The notes beneath the pieces are model-generated. The model was not told the origin of the DNA, searched no databases, and saw only the letters and a program-made list of their open reading frames with translations. Shown here piece after piece: positions 55,853 to 64,000 of a stretch of 64,000 bases of DNA (positions are counted from its first letter, which is position 1; each line of letters opens with the position of its first letter). The DNA lies in NCBI GenBank assembly GCA_964016885.1, contig OZ024746.1, positions 96,348,001-96,412,000 of the forward strand, given 5' to 3'. The translations under genes were made by a program, and so were the position numbers. This stretch comes from Eledone cirrhosa (lineage: Eukaryota).

Positions 55853-56538
55853 GTGTTTATATAATATATAGAGTGATAATAGTGTTTATATAATATATAG
55901 AGTGATAATAGTGTTTATATAATATATAGAGTTATAATAGTGTTTATATAATATATAGAGTTATAATAGTGTTTATATAATATATAGAGTGATAATAGTG
56001 TTTATATAATATATAGAGTTATAATAGTGTTTATATAATATATAGAGTTATAATAGTGTTTATATAATATATAGAGTTATAATAGTGTTTATATAATATA
56101 TAGAGTTATAATAGTGTTTATATAATATATAGAGTGATAATAGTGTTTATATAATATATAGAGTTATAATAGTGTTTATATAATATATAGAGTTATAATA
56201 GTGTTTATATAATATATAGAGTTATAATAGTGTTTATATAATATATAGAGTTATAATAGTGTTTATATAATATATAGAGTTATAATAGTGTTTATATAAT
56301 ATATAGAGTTATAATAGTGTTTATATAATATATAGAGTTATAATAGTGTTTATATAATATATAGAGTTATAATAGTGTTTATATAATATATAGAGTTATA
56401 ATAGTGTTTATATAATATATAGAGTGATAATAGTGTTTATATAATATATAGAGTTATAATAGTGTTTATATAATATATAGAGTTATAATAGTGTTTATAT
56501 AATATATAGAGTTATAATAGTGTTTATATAATATATAG
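55853..56538. repeat. 29-bp AT-rich minisatellite GTGTTTATATAATATATAGAGTTATAATA, about 23 copies
   Basis: Seen directly. Confidence 0.97.
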
Positions 56539-57081
56539 ATACAGTTTGAAGAGAAAGAAGTTTTTAGTGAGAAAGATTTAGAGATGTAGACATAAACACA
56601 GAAAAAATATATAGAAGTGTATAGATGGAAAAATGATATTTTATCTTTTAAAACCATATTTAAAATATGTTCATGTATTCATGTATGTGAATATACGTGA
56701 GTATATGTGTTTGTACATATATGCAGGTGTGTGAATGAGCTTATATGAGTATATGTATTTCTGTGTGTATTTGAATATGTCCCTCTATATACATATTTTT
56801 ATAAGGTGATCGATGCTATTCATTTCAAATTGGTTTACTTTAAGCAGCCCCCCCCCCTCACTCCCACCCCCGTCCAGCAAAAAAAGAATTATTTCATGAA
56901 TTATTTCTATTTATTAGAAGTAAAAAATAAGGTTTGTTCGAGTTTGTTCTTGGATAATTTTTTTATTTCTTTAAAGTTATAAAAAGAACTTTGCGAGAAC
57001 CAGAAAACCGTTAAATGTTTTTATATTTACACAGTATGAATGGATTATATTGTAGCTCCATCACTCCTGCTTAAGGTACAA

Positions 57082-57240
57082 CCAGGGTTGAATTTAGAAC
57101 TGGGTGGGGGGGGGGGGGGGTCACTTTAGGTTTGGGGAGCAGAGGGCACAAATAAATTGCTACGGCTGTCACTGTTGGTGCCCCCCACTGGAGGGGGCTG
57201 GGGCAATTTCCCCCTTTGTCCCCCATTAAATCTGGTCATG
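57082..57240. mobile_element. Degenerate hAT-like MITE (related fragment at 45150-45270)
   Basis: Ends CAGGGTTGAATTTA / TAAATCTGGTCATG. Shared internal CACAAATAAATTGCTACGGC. Confidence 0.45.
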
Positions 57241-57650
57241 AATACAATTGGTTCCACACACATTCTCACTCATTTTGAGACACTTTATTGCTCCTCTGGA
57301 GACAGGGAACGTACAGTTATATACCAATGCCTGTATACTGGGTTGGATTATGCGAAATATTTCATAACGCTTCAAATAATTGGATGTATAACTTCCCTGA
57401 AACATGTGTGAGGAAATGAATATGGTTTTAAAAGATAAAAGATAATTTGTCCATTTATACACTTGTTTATATTTGTATGTGTGTGTATATATAACTGAGG
57501 CACTCCGTCGGTTATGACGACAAGTGTTCCAGTTGATCCGACCAACGAAATAGCCTGCTCGTGAAATTAACGTGCAAGTGACTGAGCATTCCACAGATAC
57601 GTGTATCCTTAACGTAGTTCTCTGGGAGATTCAGCATGACACAACATATG

Positions 57651-57682
<32 letters not shown>

Positions 57683-58441
57683 ACAGAGAAAATGTGGTAA
57701 GAAACCAGATGGACCATAACGCACCAGAGTACTCGATACTTAGGGTAGTAGAGTGGGTAATATATATATATTCGATTCATAAGCAATATTTTATATATAT
57801 ATATATATATATGTATAAGAGATATTTAATTTGTTGGAAATCCAACAAATATAGATGTTTACAACTGATTCAAAGCACTCGACAGATTTCTGGAGTAAGT
57901 ATTCAATTGATATTAAATTTCCAGGGATAACTTGAACCGTTAAGGTATATCATCCTTGGTCATGTCAAATATTTATAAAACATTTTGTATTTTATCTGAT
58001 GATAGCCTACCAAAAATGTTGGTACCCTTGAAATATATATAATAGAATAAATATGGTTTTATAAATATAGTTTCCATTTATTTAATATCAATTGTATATA
58101 TATATATATTCGATTAGTATCCAATATTATATATATATATATGTATATGGAATATTGGATATGAATCGAATATAGCAGGTGCTAATGGAGTTTGAGGCAA
58201 TCACAAAGCACTCAATGGGGCGAGAAGTTAAACATTGTCTTCCTGAGTAGACAGAAAAGTTAATAAAGTGTGAGACCAAGAAAAAGGACCGAAGACATTG
58301 GCTATACTTATACCATAACAACGATAAATACAAATAGATTAAACTATATATATTTCACGGAACTAAAACTTTAAAGCATGGGTGTATATATTTATCCTTA
58401 TCGAGCCCTCTTTGGATTTTAGTCTTCAAATTTATTATTAT

Positions 58442-58516
<75 letters not shown>

Positions 58517-58842
58517 AGTGTTCATTCTACTGACATGGCTATAAAATTGAAGCTTGTTTGCAAAATTGCAAACGTATCGAATGTTATTAGTATCTCGGTA
58601 GAGGGTCTGACGCCATGCTTTGCAGCAAAGAGTTACGGCCCTTTATGGTCTGAGTTCAAATCCCGCCGATGTTAACTTTACCTTTCATCCTTACGGCGTC
58701 GATAAAATAAAGTACCAGTAATACACTGGGATAATTGCTGGCCTTGTGCCAAATGTAGAAACAATTATTAATATTCGAAAAACTCAGATTACATTTATTG
58801 TATTCAGCCATGTAGAGCGACATGTGTGTGTGAGAGAGAGAC

Positions 58843-58935
<93 letters not shown>

Positions 58936-58956
58936 TAGATAGATAGATAGATAGAA

Positions 58957-59035
<79 letters not shown>

Positions 59036-59076
59036 GAGACAGAGAGAGAGACAGATAGATAGACAGAGAGAGAGAC

Positions 59077-59107
<31 letters not shown>

Positions 59108-59619
59108 GAGAGACAGAGTGTGTGTGAGAGACAGATATATATATATAGTTATGTAATAATAAGCTCTGTAACCTACATAGAGCACTCTTTTTTCCTGAAC
59201 ATTTCCGACGGAATTACTTCATTTACACACATATATATATATATATTATATATAAAGAGAGAGAGAGAGGGGGGCAGACAGACAGACAGACAGAGACAGT
59301 GAGAGAGAGAGAGAGTGACAGACAGACAGATAGACAGTGAGAGAGAGCGAAAGAGAGAGACAGACAGATAGAGACAGTGAGAGAGAGAGTGACAGATGGA
59401 GGAGATTTTTATAAAAAGAAAAGATACTGAAATCAAAATATGGATTAGATAGGGAATAGAAAATATTTGATTGAAGAGAGAGAGGGGGGGGGGAGAGAAA
59501 GAGAGAGAGGAGGGAGAGAGAAAGAGAGACAGAAAGAAAGAGAGACAGAATAGTGAGAAGTTAAAAAAAGAAGATAATTAAGGTTAATGAGCTAATATGA
59601 TTATACGTGTGACTGTTTT

Positions 59620-60340
59620 GTCCCACCACCGCCACCACCACCATCACCGCCACCACCAACACCACCACCACCACCATCAGTGCCACCACCACCACCATCA
59701 TCACCATCATCACCACCATCACCACCATCATCACCACTGCTGCCACCACCATCACCGCCACCACCACCACCACCACCACCAACACCATCACCACAATCAT
59801 CACCACTACCACCACGACCACCAACACCATCACCACCACCACCACTATCAGTGCCACCACCACCACTATCAGTGCCACCACCACCACCATCATCACCATC
59901 ATCACCACCATCACCACCATCACCACCACTGCTGCCACCACCATCACCGCCACCACCACCACCACCACCACCACCATCACCACCACCAACTCTACCGTCC
60001 CCATTATCACCACCACCAATATCACAACCACCACCACAACAACACCACCACCACCAATACCACCAACACGACCACCACCACCACCAACACCACCACCAAT
60101 ACCACCAACACGACCACCACCAATACCACAACAACACCACCACCACCAATACCACCAATACGACCACCACCACCAACAACACCACCAACACGACCACCAC
60201 CACCACCAACACCACCACCAATACCACCAACACGACGACGACCACCACCACCACCACGACCAACACCACCACCACCAACATCCCCAACATCACCACAACC
60301 ACCACCACCAACAACAACAACAACAACACCACCACCCCAC
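59620..60340. repeat. (CAC)n/(CAT)n/(CAA)n compound microsatellite
   Basis: Seen directly. Gives spurious poly-H/P/T ORFs. Confidence 0.95.
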
Positions 60341-60644
60341 GCTCGTAGCAGACTTTGACGTCAGTATATGACGTCATCGTATACTGACGACAGGCGTAAC
60401 TAGCGTCGTAAAGCGTAACTGTTGTATGTGTGTGTATTATACATGTGTTTATATATATATATGTATGTATATATATATACATACACATATATATATACAT
60501 AAGTATATAAGTATGTATGTATATATATACACTATATATGTATATGTATATACATATATATACCATATGTATATATATATATATATATACCATATATGTG
60601 TATACCATATATGTGTATATATATATATATATATATACATATAT

Positions 60645-60690
<46 letters not shown>

Positions 60691-60717
60691 ATATATGTGT
60701 ATATGTATATATATTTA

Positions 60718-63145
60718 GTTATACTTGGGGAGGTCATATTTGTGTAATATTGCCAGAATTAATAACAGAACACTGTTTGGTTGGTTTTCGCTTTTCGCTT
60801 CTGTGTCTTTTATATCGGTAATCTAATTTATTCGGTCCTCAATTTTGCCATTGACTGACCAACGGTCAAAAATACAGATACAATATAGACACAAACACAT
60901 ATATATATAGTTTATCAAAGTTCTTTCGTTGCATATCTGCAACATCGTCAGTGGTGCTATTGTTTCCTCCCGTTGCATTGTATTTTCTACGCCATCTTTA
61001 TTTAGTATGTTTATATATTTATTTATTTGTTTATTTTATTTTGTCTTCTTTGCGAATAGGTTTGCGTGTGTGTATAGTGTTTTGTTTGATGTGTGTTCGT
61101 GATTGGGTGGCTGTGTATTGGTTAATGTATTCTATCTTTACTAGTGTGTGTTTATATGTGTTTGTTGTTATTGTGTTTGTGTATGTATTTATTTATTTAT
61201 CTATTTATTTATTTATTTATACTTCTCTTAGGTCAGTGTTGTTTGTTTGGGTGTTGTTGTTATTCCATTCATTTTTTCTGTTTAGCCTTGGCCTTCTAAG
61301 TTCTATTTCACTGGACTCTCTGATTTGCCTATCTGCTGGGTCATTTCTATGTTTAGATATTATTCTAATTTCTATGTTGTCTATGTTACCGTCGTGTTGT
61401 TGTCTGGCATGTTCGTATAGTACTGAACCGTTTTTTCGTCCTTTTAATTCCCCCCAGTGTTGGTCTATCCTTTCACCTATGATACGAGCTGTCTCGCCTA
61501 TGTATGTTGTTGTCATGTTTCTGCAAGTACCCTCTGTACATCTTATGCTATAGACTACGTTTCTAGTTTTACAGTTTATCCAGGGGTTTACCTTACATAT
61601 GATACATTTCCTATTAGTACAGTGGGTTTTCTTAAAAGGGTAGGTTTTGCTGATCAGGGATTTTATGGTGGTTCCTGGCTTTTCTACCACCTTAATCTTT
61701 AAGTGGGTCTTTCTCAGGGCCTTTCTACACTGGTTAGCTAATTTCCCTCCAGGGGTAGCGTCCACAAACATGACACTCTGGTATCTCTGTACTAATAGGA
61801 AATGTGTTATATGTAAAGTAAACTCCCAGATAAACTGTAAAACTAGAAATGTAGTCTATAGCATAAGATGTACAGAGGGTACTTGCAGAAACATGACAAC
61901 AACATACATAGGCGAGACAGCTCGTAGCATAGGTGAAAGGATAGACCAACACTGGGGGAATTAAAAGGACGAAAAAACGGTTCAGTACTATACGAACACG
62001 CCAAACAACAAAATGACGGTAACATAGACAACATAGAAATTAAAATAATATGTAAACATAGAAATGACCCAGCAGATAGGCAAATCAGAGAGGCAAGCGA
62101 AATAGAGCTTAGAAGACCAAAGCAAAAAAAAAAAAAAAAATGAATGGAATAACAACAACACCCAAACAAACAATACTGACTTAAGAGAAATATAAATAAA
62201 TAAATATATACACAAGCACAATAACAACAAACACATATAAACACACACTAGTAAACACAGTCACCCAAACGCGAACACACACCAAACACTATACACACAC
62301 GCAAACGCATGCGCAGAGAAGAAGACAAAAATATATAAATAAATAAACAGGCAAAATAAAAATGGCGTAGATATACAATACAACAGGAGGAACATAATAG
62401 TACCACTAATGATGTTGCAGATGTGCAACGAAAGAACTTTGTTAGACTATATATATGTGTGTTTATATCTATATTATATCTGTATTTTTTACCGTTGGTC
62501 AGTCAATGGTCAGAATTAACTGTAGAGATATAAAAGATACAGAAGCGAAAACCAACCAAACAGTAAGTGTGTTCTGTTATTATTTCTGGCAATATTATTA
62601 CAACAATATGATCCTCCCCAAGTATAACAATATTTGTTTCGACACACGATTACATATCGAAAACCTCGCAAAACAAAAAAATATATATATATATATATGC
62701 AGAGGTTATATTTAATTTGTTGGGATTCAACAAGCTTAAAAAAATTTATAGCTGATATAAAGCACTCAACAATTTAGTGGAGTAAATACACAATATATTA
62801 ACAAATGGAAACTATATTTATAAAACCATATTTATTTTATTATACATATATCAAGGGCCACCAAGGCAAATTATGGTGCGCTTTCATCAGATAAAATACA
62901 ATACAGATTTGTTTTATAAATAAATATTGACATACCCTGAAAAAAGACAACCTTAACGGTTGGAGCTTCCTGGAAGCTATCCAGGAAGCTCTAACCGTTA
63001 AGGTTGTCTTTTTTCACGGTATGTCAATATTTATTTATAAAACAAATCTGTATTGTATTTTATCTGATGAAAGTGCACCATAATTTGCCTTGGTGGCCCT
63101 TGATATATGTATAATAAAATAAATATGGTTTCCATTTGTTAATAT

Positions 63146-63216
<71 letters not shown>

Positions 63217-63582
63217 GAGGGTCATATTTGTGTAATATTGCCAGAATTAATAACAGACATACAACACAACAGGAGGAAACAATATAACACCACTGACGAT
63301 GTTGCAGATGTGCAACGAAAGATTTATGTAAATTATGTAAACTATATATATGTGTTTGTGTCTATATTGTATCTGTATTATTTTTGACCGTCAGTCAGTC
63401 AATGGCAACATTGAGGATCGAGTAAGTTAGACCGCAGATATAAAAGACAGCGAGAAGCGAAAACCAACCAAACAGTGAGTGTGTTCTGTTATTAATTCTG
63501 GCAATATTACACAAAAATGACCCTCCCCAAGTATAACAATATTTGTTTCGACACACGATTTCATATAAAAAACCTCGCTAAA
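60718..63582. mobile_element. Inverted pair of PLE 3' halves (60718-61787 on -, 61787-62670 on +), a family B fold-back (62700-63150) and another terminal repeat (63215-63582)
   Basis: The GIY-YIG ORF 61217-61771 (-) is nearly identical to 11255-12163. The + arm is frameshifted near 61960. Hammerhead motifs near 60915-60955, 62405-62440 and 63293-63325. Confidence 0.9.
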
Positions 63583-64000
63583 CTATATATATATATATAT
63601 ATACCATAAATGTGTGTGCGTGTATGTGTATACGGTCTGTTCGGTTTTTACGCAAACTTGAAGTACGCGAATTCGCTTTAACGCGTCTTGAAAATATATC
63701 AAATATTCACTTAGCGCGAATAACGCTCTATAACGCGTGTGGTTTTAAATTGTTTTATTTATCAGAAATATAGACTTGAATTACGCGAATTTGCGTTACG
63801 CGCCGTGATCACGAACGCATCGGACAAGTGTTCCTTTTAATTGAATGACCAGAACTGCTTGCTCATGGAATTAACGTGCAAGTGGCTGAGCATTCCACAA
63901 AGAAGGAGATTCAGTGTGACACAATATGTGACGAAGATGGCTATTTGAATTACGCGTACAACTCAGTGTTGCCAGCTTATTGGATTGTGTGTGTGTGTGT

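Noticed and set aside
55853-56538. 29-bp repeats of CRISPR-like length
   Set aside because: No spacers, no cas genes, and a eukaryotic context.
59597-60737. His-, Pro- and Gly-rich ORFs
   Set aside because: (CAC)n microsatellite translations.

Overview
This is repeat-dominated, AT-rich eukaryotic DNA with no recognisable intact host gene. The tRNA-derived SINEs resemble octopus OK/OR families, so the source is probably an octopodid cephalopod (inference). Most long ORFs in the track are translations of micro- and minisatellites. The real coding remnants are all retroelement or transposon derived: Penelope-like elements (PLEs, RT + GIY-YIG) of at least three types (Naiad-like, Neptune-like, and a third Cys-linker type), RTE, CR1-like and I/Jockey-like LINE fragments, a mariner remnant, and hAT, pogo and Helitron-like non-autonomous elements. 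The most striking signal is about 25 minimal type I hammerhead-ribozyme motifs (CTGANGA...GAAA...UH) from roughly ten unrelated PLE terminal-repeat families. Many sit in 100-450 bp fold-back palindromes, with one hammerhead per arm pointing outward and a one-sided tail, inserted in (TA)n tracts. All calls were made by eye and coordinates are approximate.
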